NCBI GenBank assembly: GCA_965223795.1
Contig: CBDCXL010000002.1
Coordinates: forward strand, 3,136,001 to 3,200,000
Direction of reading: 5' to 3'
Source: Nitrospinales bacterium
GTDB lineage: Bacteria; Nitrospinota; Nitrospinia; Nitrospinales; VA-1
DNA: 64,000 bases
Part shown: positions 8,476 to 18,633 of the stretch, one piece after another
Numbering within the stretch: the first letter of the stretch is position 1
Layout: each line of letters starts with the position of its first letter
Notes under the pieces: generated by a model
Databases searched by the model: none
The model's input: the letters and a program-made list of their open reading frames with translations, nothing else
Told to the model about the DNA's origin: nothing
Made by a program: the position numbers and the translations under genes

Positions 8476-9570
8476 TCAGCGCCCGATTTTCAGCTCCTGC
8501 AGGATCGCGTTGCCGATCTGTTTCAGGGGCAGCACCCTGTCCGCCAACCCTCCTTTGGCGACGAATCCAGGCATTCCCCAGACGACCGAACTTTGCTCAT
8601 CCTGCACGATGACCTTGCCGCCGGCGCTTTTGATGTACTCGCAGCCGATCAGGCCGTCCTGGCCCATTCCTGTGAGGATCACCGCCAGGGCGTGCGGGCC
8701 GTACAATTCGGCCACGCTGCGGAACAGGACGTCGACCGCGGGCCGGCAGGAGTTTTCCGGCGGCTCCTGATGGGTCCTCAGCGCCATTCCTTTGCCGTTT
8801 TTCTCCAGAACCATGTGGTGGTCGCCGGGAGCGATCCAGGCTGATCCCGGGACCAGCGCCGTACCGGCCTGCCCCTCTGTGACGGTGAGATTGGACTTCG
8901 AGCTCAACCGCTCCGCCAGCAGTTTGGTGAAAAACGGCGGCATGTGCTGCACCATCACGATGGGGACCGGCAGGTCCTTGGGAAACACCGGAAACAGCTC
9001 GGCGAGGGCGTTGGGGCCGCCTGTGGACACGCCGATGGTCACGATGTCGATCCGGGTGTCCCGGGCCGGTTTTTTCGCCGCCGGGACCGCCATTTTCGCG
9101 GCCTTTTTCGGCAGGCTGGAAGGTTCCGGTTTTGCGGTCGCGGGCGGCTTGAGCCCCACTTTATCCGAGCAGAAAACCTTGATCTTGGGAATGAGTTCTT
9201 CCCGGACGCGCTGCATGGCGATCGAAACGCTGCCCACGTTCGCCGGTTTGGTGACGTAGTCGGTGGCTCCCAGAGCCAGCGCTTCCAGGGTTTTCGCCCC
9301 GCCCCGCTCGGTGAGGGTGCTGAACATGATGACCGGCAGGGAAGGGTGGGTCTTGCGGATTTCCGCCAGAGTCTGCAAACCGTCCATCTCCGGCATTTCG
9401 ATGTCCAGAGTGACGAGATCCGGCTTGATCTGCTCGATTTTGGCAAGGGCGATGCGGCCGTTGGCGGCGACGCCGGAAACCTCGATCTCAGGATCCACCT
9501 GCAGGCTGTCGGTCACGATTTTGCGGACGACCACCGCATCGTCCACCACCAGAACACGGATTTTTTTCAT
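8476..9570 (-). CDS. cheB: Chemotaxis methylesterase CheB (receiver + esterase)
   Basis: LDIEMP receiver; catalytic motifs GVSTGGP, QHMPP, TGMGQDG. Confidence 0.95.
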   Translation of the reverse strand: MKKIRVLVVDDAVVVRKIVTDSLQVDPEIEVSGVAANGRIALAKIEQIKPDLVTLDIEMPEMDGLQTLAEIRKTHPSLPVIMFSTLTERGGAKTLEALALGATDYVTKPANVGSVSIAMQRVREELIPKIKVFCSDKVGLKPPATAKPEPSSLPKKAAKMAVPAAKKPARDTRIDIVTIGVSTGGPNALAELFPVFPKDLPVPIVMVQHMPPFFTKLLAERLSSKSNLTVTEGQAGTALVPGSAWIAPGDHHMVLEKNGKGMALRTHQEPPENSCRPAVDVLFRSVAELYGPHALAVILTGMGQDGLIGCEYIKSAGGKVIVQDEQSSVVWGMPGFVAKGGLADRVLPLKQIGNAILQELKIGR

Positions 9571-9842
9571 AAAAGCGTCTTTTCGGCGGTCTGAGACAGC
9601 GGATCGCCGTTCATCCCAACCCGGAGGCGGGAATCGTTTCAGCCCTTAATTTAGGCTAATATATTCAATGGTTTGATAGTATTCCTTCATTCTAAGATAA
9701 CGTAAATCTATGATTTTTTCCACTTTATTTTACTGCCCCAGGGCAGGGCGGAGCGGCTTGAGAAATCCCTCCGAAGCGGGTAGAGTGGACGGCTGAATCC
9801 GGCCCGAATCCGGGTCGGAGCTGTATAAATTGCGGAAATACA

Positions 9843-10109
9843 ATGAAAAAGCTGATCAATAAAAACGGCCTCGAGATCGCCTGCCAGGCGAAGCCGGTGT
9901 TCGAGGAATTGATGCGCGGGACGGGCTGCGTCATGGCGGACCGGTTGTCACTCTATATGGCGAGTGAATCGTTCAACGAAAAATACATCATGCTGTCCCG
10001 TTCCCCGGAAGCGCCGGACGGATCGCCGGAAATGAAACGGTACAGTGCGGGCAACTTCAAGGATGCCTGGGATCAGTTTGTGCTTTGGATGGGAGAGACG
10101 GGCGGATGA
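9843..10109 (+). CDS. Hypothetical protein
   Basis: 88-aa ATG ORF filling the gap between cheB and the ACT gene; no recognised motif. Confidence 0.5.
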   Translation: MKKLINKNGLEIACQAKPVFEELMRGTGCVMADRLSLYMASESFNEKYIMLSRSPEAPDGSPEMKRYSAGNFKDAWDQFVLWMGETGG

Positions 10110-10252
10110 CCGTCGCTGAATTTCAATCTGTTATCTCCGGGGCGGCGGGAAACGGGCGCGGGCGGCCGCGAAACGCGGTTTCTTCGCTTGAATTATCGGA
10201 GTTCAGAGTTTATCTTTTAAAACTGAGTTGCACTTTTTGATCGGTTCGTGTC

Positions 10253-10777
10253 ATGGAAAACTGGTACATGTTGACGCTCGTCGGGAAAGACCGGCCGGGT
10301 ATCGTGGCGCGCATCAGCGGCGCGTTGTTCAAGGGAAAATGCAATCTGGGTGAGGCTTCCATGTCGCGCCTGGGCGGTAATTTTTCGATCATGCTGATGG
10401 TGCAGCACGAAGGCCCGGAAGAGGCGCTGGAACGCCTGATCGAGCCGGTGTCGCGCGAATTCGGTCTCCGGCACCATGTGGACGTGATCGAAGGCGAGCT
10501 GCACCACCATGTGGAGCCCAATGTGCGCGTCAGTGTGCACGGCGCGGACCGGGCCGGGATCGTGGCCCAGGTGACCGGCACGCTGGCCGAGGCGGGCCTC
10601 AACATCCTCAACCTGGAATCGGATGTGGCGGGCACGGAGGAGAGGCCGATCTACATCATGCACATCGAGGGCGTGACGGAACAGAGCATTGAGGCGCTGC
10701 GGGCGGCGCTCGATACTGTGGACGCGGAACTGGAAATCGACACGGAGATAGCGGAAATCGATATTCTGAGAGGCTGA
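10253..10777 (+). CDS. Tandem ACT-domain protein (GcvR-like)
   Basis: Two ACT motifs: GKDRPGIVA and GADRAGIVA. Confidence 0.85.
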   Translation: MENWYMLTLVGKDRPGIVARISGALFKGKCNLGEASMSRLGGNFSIMLMVQHEGPEEALERLIEPVSREFGLRHHVDVIEGELHHHVEPNVRVSVHGADRAGIVAQVTGTLAEAGLNILNLESDVAGTEERPIYIMHIEGVTEQSIEALRAALDTVDAELEIDTEIAEIDILRG

Positions 10778-10782
10778 GAGCG

Positions 10783-11313
10783 ATGGCGGTTCTGAAAATA
10801 CTGGAAGTCCCCGATCCCCGGTTGAAGGAGATCTCGAAACCGGTGGATACGATCGACGATGCTCTGCGCAGCTTCATTGCGGACCTGGAAGAAACGATGC
10901 GCGCCGGGCCCGGCGCCATCGGCATCGCCGCTCCGCAGGTCGGACGGCTGGACCGGATCGTGATCGTCGATCTGACCAGCAAGCCGAAAATCAAAAATCA
11001 CGGCCGGCTGATTCTGATCAATCCGGTGATCACGTCACACGAAGGCAATGTGGTGGGACGCGAAGGGTGCCTGTCGGTGCCCGATTACACGGGCAACGTG
11101 GCGCGCTGGGAGTTCATCGAATTGAAGGCGCAGGATGAGTTCGGCAACGAACATGTGTACCACATGGAAGGTTTCGAAGCCCGGGTGGCGCAGCACGAAA
11201 TGGACCACCTGGACGGATATGTGTTTCTCGACCGGCTGGTGAGCCGGAGAGGCAGTCTGTTCCGCCGCAAAGTGTATAAAAAACCTGCCAAGTCCGGCGC
11301 GGAATCCAACTGA
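10783..11313 (+). CDS. def: Peptide deformylase
   Basis: GIAAPQVG, EGCLS, QHEMDHLDG. Confidence 0.95.
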   Translation: MAVLKILEVPDPRLKEISKPVDTIDDALRSFIADLEETMRAGPGAIGIAAPQVGRLDRIVIVDLTSKPKIKNHGRLILINPVITSHEGNVVGREGCLSVPDYTGNVARWEFIELKAQDEFGNEHVYHMEGFEARVAQHEMDHLDGYVFLDRLVSRRGSLFRRKVYKKPAKSGAESN

Positions 11314-11372
11314 AAGCCAGCCGGCCCTTCCGATAATCCGCCCGGCGCCCCGCACCGGCCTGATCGTTTGTT

Positions 11373-12488
11373 TCAGCTTCCCGCGTTTTTTCCCTTCAAT
11401 CTTTCCTGCAGTTGTTTTTCAGAAAAATCCGGCAGATGCAATGTGGATGTGGGAAAGGCGATTTCCGCGCCTGCGTCCTCCACAATCTGCATGATCTTCA
11501 ACAGCACGTCCTGCTTGATTTCGTGAAAACGCGCCCATTTGGTGGTTTTTGTGAAGGTGTACACGAAAAAGTCCAAAGAGGAGGGGGCGAAGGCGTTGAA
11601 GTTGACGATCAGGGTCTTGCCGGTATCGATTTCGGCATGGTTCTTCAGCATGTCTTTCACGTTTTCCACGATCGTCTGCATCTTGGCGCCGTCGTCGTAG
11701 CGGATGCCGACGGTTTCGTAGATCCTGCGGTTCTGCATGCGCGAGGGGTTTTCCACCGCGATGGTGGTGAAGGTGGAGTTGGGCACGTACAGCGGCCGCT
11801 TGTCGAAGGTGCGGATGCGGGTGAGCCGCCAGCCGATGTGTTCCACAGTGCCCTCGATCTCCCGGTCGGGGGACCGCACCCAGTCTCCCACGGCGAAGGG
11901 CCGGTCGAGGTAGATCGTCAATCCACCGAAAAAATTGGCGAGCAGGTCCTTGGCCGCGAATCCCACGGCGATGCCGCCGATGCCGCCGAAGGCCAGAACG
12001 CCGGAGATGCTGTAGCCCAGCGTCTGCAGCACCACCAGCGCCGCGGTGATGAACACGGACACGCGGATGAGCTTGGAAATGGCGTCCACGGTGGTCGGGT
12101 CCACGTCCTTTTCGGTGCTTCGCAGCACAGCCCGTTCGGCGTTCTTGATGAAGCGGACGAACAGCCAGGCGATGGCGGCGATGATCAGCGTGTCGCGGAT
12201 GGGCTCGGCGGCTTCCAGGATGACGGCGCCGGTGGCGTTGCGGATGATTTCCGCGGCCAGGGAAATGCCCGCCGCCCAGATGATGACGCTCAGCGGTTTG
12301 GGAATCGAGTGCAGCAGCGCGTCGTCCCACAGGTTGTTCGACTTTTGCGCCTGCAGGCGTAGTTTCTTGAAGATGCGCCTCTGGATGTAGTCGATGACCA
12401 GGGCTACAAAAATGACGATGAAGGCCTGGACCAGGTAACTGGTCTTGGGGCCGATGAAACCGGTGAGGGAGTTCAGGGTTGCCAGCAT
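11373..12488 (-). CDS. Small-conductance mechanosensitive channel (MscS/YnaI family)
   Basis: GFAAKDLLANFFGG, RPFAVGDW, GTVEHIGWRLT, AFPT; start 12488 or 12527. Confidence 0.9.
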   Translation of the reverse strand: MLATLNSLTGFIGPKTSYLVQAFIVIFVALVIDYIQRRIFKKLRLQAQKSNNLWDDALLHSIPKPLSVIIWAAGISLAAEIIRNATGAVILEAAEPIRDTLIIAAIAWLFVRFIKNAERAVLRSTEKDVDPTTVDAISKLIRVSVFITAALVVLQTLGYSISGVLAFGGIGGIAVGFAAKDLLANFFGGLTIYLDRPFAVGDWVRSPDREIEGTVEHIGWRLTRIRTFDKRPLYVPNSTFTTIAVENPSRMQNRRIYETVGIRYDDGAKMQTIVENVKDMLKNHAEIDTGKTLIVNFNAFAPSSLDFFVYTFTKTTKWARFHEIKQDVLLKIMQIVEDAGAEIAFPTSTLHLPDFSEKQLQERLKGKNAGS

Positions 12489-12625
12489 GGAATTTTGTGT
12501 GGGTGACAGGTTGACGGGGTTGGACACTGCAAGGATCTCGATTTTAGCATCCGCGTTTTAAATTTCAACTCTGTCTTTCCGGTAGGACGCGCGTCCAATC
12601 TGAGATCTTTGCACAAATCATTTAT

Positions 12626-12711
12626 TTGTCATGCTGAGCCCTTCGGCAGGCTCAGGACAGGCTCTGTCGAAGCATGATTTCTTGTACCCTTCGACAAGCT
12701 CAGGGTGACAA
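12626..12711. repeat. Palindromic REP-like intergenic element
   Basis: TTGTCATGCTGAGC...CTGTCGAAG...CCCTTCGACAAGCTCAGGGTGACAA forms a long imperfect inverted repeat; core recurs at 45196. Confidence 0.65.
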
Positions 12712-13013
12712 TTGGCTTTTAATTTCGTGGCGAGCCGACTCATGCAAAGATCTCCACGTGCGGAATGCTGGATCCTGTCCATACCGGCGCTTTTAAATTG
12801 CGCCTGCCGGTTGCCGCTATCCGTATCCGTTTGTTGTGTGCTATACTTTTTTCCGCCGGAGCGTTTCTTTCCAACGTTCATCTTTTTTTCTTTTCGATTC
12901 GCGTTTCTGCATCCAGCCTTTTGACTCTGAGTTTCTCTGTTCGCATCGAACCGGGAAACGCCCCGCATGCGCAGAAACGTTCCTTCCCAACTTTCCTGGA
13001 GACTTTCCCCGCT

Positions 13014-14171
13014 ATGAGCATGGACCTGCCGTTTCACCGTTCCTGGTTTGAAGAGGAAGAAATCAACGAAGTGGTGGACACGCTGCGTTCGGGCTGGTTG
13101 ACCACCGGTCCCAAAACGCAGCGTTTTGAAGAGGGATTCAAGGATTACATCGGCTGCCGGCATGCCGTGGCGCTGAATTCCTGCACGGCGGGGCTGCACC
13201 TGGCGCTGGCGTCGATGGGGTTTCCGGAGGGCTCGGAGGTGATCACGACGCCGATGACGTTCCCGGCGACGTCCAACATCGTTCTGCACGAACGTCTGAA
13301 ACCGGTGTTCGTCGATATCGAGCCGGGCACGCTCACCATCGACGTGCACAAGATCGAGGCAAAGATCACGCCTCGCACGGTGGCCATCCTGCCGGTGCAT
13401 TTCGCCGGGCACCCCTGCGATATGGACGTGATTCAGGACATCGCCCGGCGGCACAACCTGGCGCTGATCGAGGACGCCGCGCACGGACTGGAAACCGGGT
13501 ACAAAGGACGGAAAATCGGCAACCTGGGCAATCCCACTTCGTTCAGTTTTTACGCCAATAAAAATATCACCACCGGTGAAGGCGGGATGCTGGTGACCAA
13601 CGACGACGCTTTGGCGGACAAGGTGCGGGAATTGCGCCTGCAGGGGCTCAGCAAGGATGCGTGGAAGCGCTACGGCAAGGAAAAATTTTCACACTGGGAA
13701 CTCAGGACGCCGGGGTTCAAGTACAACATGCCGGACATCAACGCCGCACTGGGGATCCACCAGCTCAAGCGGGTGAACGATTTTCTCGATCTGCGCAAAC
13801 GCTACGCGGCGATGTACGACGAGGCGTTCCACGCGATTCCGGAGATCGAGACCCTGGTCACGCGCGACTACGCTTCGCACGCGCACCACATCTACATCAT
13901 CGCGCTGAGGCTTGAGAGTCTGACGGTGTCGCGCAACGAGTTTCTCACCGAACTGCAGGGGCAGGGGATCGGCGCCGCGGTGCATTACGTGGCGCTGCAC
14001 CTGCAGCCGTATTACCGCGAGGTTCTGGGAATGCGGCCGGAATCCTGTCCCGTCGCCACCGATTATTCGCACCGGGTGTTGACCCTGCCTTTGTATCCGA
14101 AGATGTCGGTCGAAGATGTGAACCGGGTGATCGGAACGGTCACAGGCCTCATCGAAAAATTCCGCCGCTGA
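13014..14171 (+). CDS. DegT/DnrJ/EryC1/StrS sugar aminotransferase
   Basis: SGWLTTGP, EDAAH, SFYANKNITTGEGG with the PLP Lys; homology starts at ATG 13014/13020. Confidence 0.9.
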   Translation: MSMDLPFHRSWFEEEEINEVVDTLRSGWLTTGPKTQRFEEGFKDYIGCRHAVALNSCTAGLHLALASMGFPEGSEVITTPMTFPATSNIVLHERLKPVFVDIEPGTLTIDVHKIEAKITPRTVAILPVHFAGHPCDMDVIQDIARRHNLALIEDAAHGLETGYKGRKIGNLGNPTSFSFYANKNITTGEGGMLVTNDDALADKVRELRLQGLSKDAWKRYGKEKFSHWELRTPGFKYNMPDINAALGIHQLKRVNDFLDLRKRYAAMYDEAFHAIPEIETLVTRDYASHAHHIYIIALRLESLTVSRNEFLTELQGQGIGAAVHYVALHLQPYYREVLGMRPESCPVATDYSHRVLTLPLYPKMSVEDVNRVIGTVTGLIEKFRR

Positions 14172-14180
14172 CATTCAGGC

Positions 14181-14220
14181 AAAAAGAAAGGGGGGAGCCG
14201 AAAGGCTCCCCCCTGTTTTT
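14181..14220. terminator. Bidirectional intrinsic terminator
   Basis: Stem AGGGGGGAGCC-GAAA-GGCTCCCCCCT flanked by A-rich and T-rich tracts, between convergent genes. Confidence 0.85.
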
Positions 14221-14231
14221 GCTGGATGCGG

Positions 14232-16598
14232 TTACGCGGAGACCACTTTCCGCTTTTTGAGATCCATGTTGGAATAGTAGTCCTGGAAGTACTTGCGGTG
14301 GTACTCGTAGTAGTCGTCGCGGTGAAATTTCACCTTGTTGAGGACCACACCGAAGATCCGCGACTTGGGACCGGCTTTCATCAGCATGTTGCTGTTGCCG
14401 CTGCCGCTTGATCCGTTGGCGGTCTTTGCGGGCATGGGCCGGCCGCCGGAACCGAAACGGAAGCTGTTGTCCGAGGAGGCCGCCGAAAGCTGCTTCAGAG
14501 TCCGTTTGATCAGGTCCTTGTCCTTCATGCCGGATCCGATGACGAACATGACGCCGTCGCAAAGCTGCGCCGCGACGGAAACATACGAGAAGGCCAGAGC
14601 CGGCGGCGTGTCCATCAGCACCACGTCGAAGGTTTTCTTGACGGCGGTGAGGAATTTCTGGAACAGGCCGTAGTTGATGGTGTCGGTGAACTTGCGGGTC
14701 AACGCGCCGCGAGGCAGGATGTAGACCCCGTCGATTCCCGTCTTGAGATAGATCTCATCGAGCTTGCCGTTCTCAGACCCTTTGTTGTTCACCAGCCGGT
14801 CGAACAGCTTGGGGTTTTCCAGAACGTCGATGAAACCCGGATGCTTGAACGTGTTCAGGTTCGTGAACACGGAGCTGACCTTGGGACGCACGAAGTCGGC
14901 GTCGATGATCAGCACCCGTTTGTTCTCCTGAGCGAACGTGGCCGCCAGGTTGGTGACGATGGTGGTCTTTCCTTCCTTGGGCGTGGAGCTGGATATCAGC
15001 AGCGCCTTGTTCTGATCGATGAAACCGTTGAGCATCAGGTTGGTCTTCACCGTTCTGAACTCTTCCGCGACGAAGGAGTTGATGTTGTTCACCGCGGGCA
15101 GGGGCAGGTCTTTCTTGCTGATGACGCCCACCGCACCGAGGAACGGGAAGGGAATCTGTCGGACCACGTCCTCGACGCTGATCATGGATTTTTTCATCCG
15201 TTCCGAAACGATGGTCCAGAAGCTGCCTCCCAGCATTCCCAGCATGAGGCACAGGGAGATGATGAAGGTCTTTTTCGGTTTGATGGGCTTGTAGGGAATT
15301 TCCGCCCGGTCCACCACCTGGATCGCACTCTCGTTGCTGTATGAGGCGATGTCGATTTCCTTGAACCGCTTCAGCAGGTCGTTGTGGAGGATCTTGTTGG
15401 TTTCGAACTCATCGTTCAGCGCATTGAAGGTGAACTCTTCGTTGTCCAGCTTCATGATCTTGTTCTTTTCCGTCTGCATCGCGTTGCGCAGGGACTGCTC
15501 GTGGACCACGGTTCCGCGGTAGTCGATGTCGATCGAAGCGATCAGGCGGTCGACCTCAGCGGGGATCTTCTCTTCGATCTGCCGCTTTTTCTGGTCCAGC
15601 ATCTGCAGGCGCGGATGCCGCACGCTGTATTGACTGGTCAGATCCTCATACTCGCTCAGGATCTGGGCGTACTGAGTGATGAGATTGGTGATCTCGATGG
15701 TTTTCACGTCATCGGGAAGCGTCTGCAAAAGACCGACCGGATCGGTTTTCAGTTTTTCCAGCAACTCCTTTAAGGTCTGAAGGCGGAGCTGTTCGGACTG
15801 CACAGTGCGGATCTCATCCTGATATTTGCTGAGGTTCTGGGCGGAGATCTCGCGGTTTTTCCTGAAGTCGATGATGTTGTTTCGTTTGCGGAACTTCGCC
15901 AGCTTCAGCTCGGCTTTTTTCATTTTGTCTTTCAGTTCCGTCAGCTTTTCCACCATCCATTTTTCAGATCCGCCGAGGATCTTCGTCCGGCGCTCGATGT
16001 TTCTCTGGATCACGGTGTCGAGGAACTTGTTGGTGATTTCCGTGATCATGACCGGGTTGTAACCCTGAAAGCTCACGTTGACGACGTGGCTTTGGGTGAT
16101 GGGGGAAATGATCAACCGGCGCAGAAACTCGTCCACCATTTCCGTGACGGGATCTTTGGGGACCTGCACGCTGGCGGTTTCCGGCTGGGCCGGCATCAGA
16201 TTTTCAATGACGCCGCGGACGGTTTGCTTGACGCCGCTCAGATCGATCATCGGTTTTTTGGGTTTGAACTCATCGTTCTCCACCAGGTTCAACTCGTCGA
16301 TGATCCGCTTGGCGAGGGTCCGGCTTTTGAGCATGGCGTACTGGGTTTTGTAATAGTCGGTCTTTGTCGGATCCAACTCTTCAAAACCCTTGCCCTTGTC
16401 CGTGAACGTATCGGGAGTTTTGGTTCCGATCAACACGATGGCTTGGGTTTCGTAAACCGGGGTCTGGCTGAAGGAATAAATCGTGCCGACGATTCCAAAA
16501 ATCAGGACGAAGCAGAGGATGGTCAGCTTGCGCCGGTTGATTATCTGGAACAATTCCTGAATATTGATTTCCTGCTGGTTTTGAGGAACCTGGTTCAT
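14232..16598 (-). CDS. wzc: Polysaccharide co-polymerase / BY-kinase (Wzc/GumC)
   Basis: Wzz-like N-terminus with TM, coiled coil, Walker A PKEGKTT, IDAD, DTPP and a C-terminal Tyr cluster (DDYYEYHRKYFQDYY). Confidence 0.9.
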   Translation of the reverse strand: MNQVPQNQQEINIQELFQIINRRKLTILCFVLIFGIVGTIYSFSQTPVYETQAIVLIGTKTPDTFTDKGKGFEELDPTKTDYYKTQYAMLKSRTLAKRIIDELNLVENDEFKPKKPMIDLSGVKQTVRGVIENLMPAQPETASVQVPKDPVTEMVDEFLRRLIISPITQSHVVNVSFQGYNPVMITEITNKFLDTVIQRNIERRTKILGGSEKWMVEKLTELKDKMKKAELKLAKFRKRNNIIDFRKNREISAQNLSKYQDEIRTVQSEQLRLQTLKELLEKLKTDPVGLLQTLPDDVKTIEITNLITQYAQILSEYEDLTSQYSVRHPRLQMLDQKKRQIEEKIPAEVDRLIASIDIDYRGTVVHEQSLRNAMQTEKNKIMKLDNEEFTFNALNDEFETNKILHNDLLKRFKEIDIASYSNESAIQVVDRAEIPYKPIKPKKTFIISLCLMLGMLGGSFWTIVSERMKKSMISVEDVVRQIPFPFLGAVGVISKKDLPLPAVNNINSFVAEEFRTVKTNLMLNGFIDQNKALLISSSTPKEGKTTIVTNLAATFAQENKRVLIIDADFVRPKVSSVFTNLNTFKHPGFIDVLENPKLFDRLVNNKGSENGKLDEIYLKTGIDGVYILPRGALTRKFTDTINYGLFQKFLTAVKKTFDVVLMDTPPALAFSYVSVAAQLCDGVMFVIGSGMKDKDLIKRTLKQLSAASSDNSFRFGSGGRPMPAKTANGSSGSGNSNMLMKAGPKSRIFGVVLNKVKFHRDDYYEYHRKYFQDYYSNMDLKKRKVVSA

Positions 16599-17296
16599 TT
16601 AAAACCTCATGCCTTATGGTTGATGGGAAATTGCTAACTTTCCAGCCAGTGGGAGAGAAATTTCCACTCTGTCGGTGTCCTGCGCCAGCCCGCGAAAAGA
16701 GAACACTCAAGTGAAGGTTTCCGTTGGAAAGAAGTGTCGGCCGGATAGGTTTTCAGTGCCTGTAACTGATTGGCACTGGTTGAAAATTCCGGTCTTTCCC
16801 TCAGAAATGTTTACATTAACATATTCCCTTTTTTGTCCCAAAACTTTTTGGGCTCGCTGCGCCGAATTTTTTCTCCCTGAATTATGGAATCCGTTCCTCC
16901 CCCGAATTTGACCTATAACGTATTGAATCCTTTAAAGAAATCTATTGAACGTCGAGTTGGATTCTCTCAGGGGACGTTTCAGTTAGGATAAGAAATCAAT
17001 ATTACGGAATCGTGCAGGAGACGTCACAAATTCGCCACGTTTTGATTTCTATTTACAGGCATAGATTTACATGTTGAGTGCATGCTAAAGGTGTTGGAAA
17101 ACGGCGCTTTATGATCAACACGACACTCCACCCGCATTCCGGAACCGGATGCGGCTGACATCCTGTTGCCGGCGAAATGAAATAGGATTTTATAATTCAC
17201 CTCTGACACAAAAGCCACCGCGCGCAACAGACGCGGCATTCCGCATGCGGGCGAGGCATGCACGCCCCGCCGATCGAAATTTTCGTAAATGAAACG

Positions 17297-18574
17297 TCAG
17301 GCGGTTGCCTGATCCAGGCGGGCCGCCAGTCCGACCGACACGGCTTTTTCCGCGATGCTGTTCAGGGTGTCCAGGTCGACTCCGCTTTTCAGATGAATGT
17401 CCAGCAGCGAATGACTGCCGTCGCTCATGAGAAAAAAATAATTGGTTCCCAGGAAACGATTGCGGTCCACGGCGGGACTCACATACATGTTGTGCTTGTC
17501 CAGCTTGGGTTCGCCTTTGATGAGGACTTTATAGCGGGCATTCATTTCGAGATTCTGAACCGCCCGCCAGTAAACGCGGACCGACTCCTGCATCGCTTCC
17601 TCGGAAACGAAATCCAGGTTGTCCAGCGAGGTGTGGTACTCGGGGTATTCCATATACGGGGACCGCATGAGCGAGCCCATGGGCATTCTGAATCCAGGGG
17701 AATTGTAATGTCCCTCGTCCCCGCCCCAGGGCCAGAAATCCCGCACCACGTGCTCGGCCTTCTCCGTCTGCAAAGCGGCGATCATGGCTTTGTCCACTTC
17801 GTGATCGCCTTGATAGGTCTTCTTATAGTTCATTTTCCCGCGATCGCCCAGACAGGCGTAGACGTAGCCACCGGTCACTTTCGAGATCCAGTCGGGGTGG
17901 TTGAACAGGTAGGTGATGGAACCGATGGTGCCGGGCAGGATCAAAAGCCGGTAGGAATACTTGCGCCGGGGCAGCTCCAGTAGTTTTTTAGCCACGGCCA
18001 CGGAGACCAGGGTGCTGGACAGGCCGTCATTGGCCTGGGCGGGATGACAGTTGTAACTGGAAAATAAAATTTCCTTTTCGCTTTCGCCGGGAAGATACCA
18101 CTCTCCGATACGCAGCACGCCTTTCTTCAGTTCCGACTCGATGCAGACTTCGTACTCGGCGCCGGGATTCTTTTCCATTTCGCAGTACTGATCGTGACTG
18201 ATGCAGAATCCCCAGTTGCGCCGGTAAAAGGAAGTGCGGAACGGCACCGCGGAAGGGAGGTCCGGAATGGTGTGAAGGCGGTCCTTGAGCCTGGAGAACG
18301 GCATCGTTTCGTGGATCGGGGTGCTGTAGCTCATCACGTGCAGGCTGTTTTGTTTGAAATCGACCACGCGTTTGCCGCTGGAATCCTTGATCCAGGCATC
18401 CTGGATGTTCCATTCGTCGGGAACGGTCCATTCGAAACACTCCTGCCCGCTGGGGTATTCCAGAATTTTCAGATCGAGTTCGCGAGACAGGAGCTCAAGG
18501 CTTTCCTTGAAGCCGTCTCCTGTGATGCTGCGGTATATGGGAAACAGCTCCTGCATGAGGGGCATGAGTTTCAT
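17297..18574 (-). CDS. DUF4910/DUF2172 peptidase-fold protein, copy 2
   Basis: RSITGDG, WTVPDEW, RTSFYRRNWGFC, CHP, YPEYHTSLD, C-terminal HTH-like SDGSHSLLDI. Confidence 0.85.
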   Translation of the reverse strand: MKLMPLMQELFPIYRSITGDGFKESLELLSRELDLKILEYPSGQECFEWTVPDEWNIQDAWIKDSSGKRVVDFKQNSLHVMSYSTPIHETMPFSRLKDRLHTIPDLPSAVPFRTSFYRRNWGFCISHDQYCEMEKNPGAEYEVCIESELKKGVLRIGEWYLPGESEKEILFSSYNCHPAQANDGLSSTLVSVAVAKKLLELPRRKYSYRLLILPGTIGSITYLFNHPDWISKVTGGYVYACLGDRGKMNYKKTYQGDHEVDKAMIAALQTEKAEHVVRDFWPWGGDEGHYNSPGFRMPMGSLMRSPYMEYPEYHTSLDNLDFVSEEAMQESVRVYWRAVQNLEMNARYKVLIKGEPKLDKHNMYVSPAVDRNRFLGTNYFFLMSDGSHSLLDIHLKSGVDLDTLNSIAEKAVSVGLAARLDQATA

Positions 18575-18633
18575 CGATGTCTGCCTTTCAGATTTTTCAG
18601 GTCACTTGCCAGTGATTTCAATTGCTTAGCAGT

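Noticed and set aside
12626..12711. CRISPR-like repeats
   Set aside because: Units are inverted or nested with no regular spacers and no cas genes
12765..13013. 83-aa N-terminal extension of the DegT aminotransferase
   Set aside because: Family similarity starts at ATG 13014/13020; the extension reads as T-rich intergenic sequence
16755..16778. Inverted repeat CAGTGCC...GGCACTG containing TGGCAC upstream of wzc
   Set aside because: No -12 element and does not fit the N28 module; a single short instance
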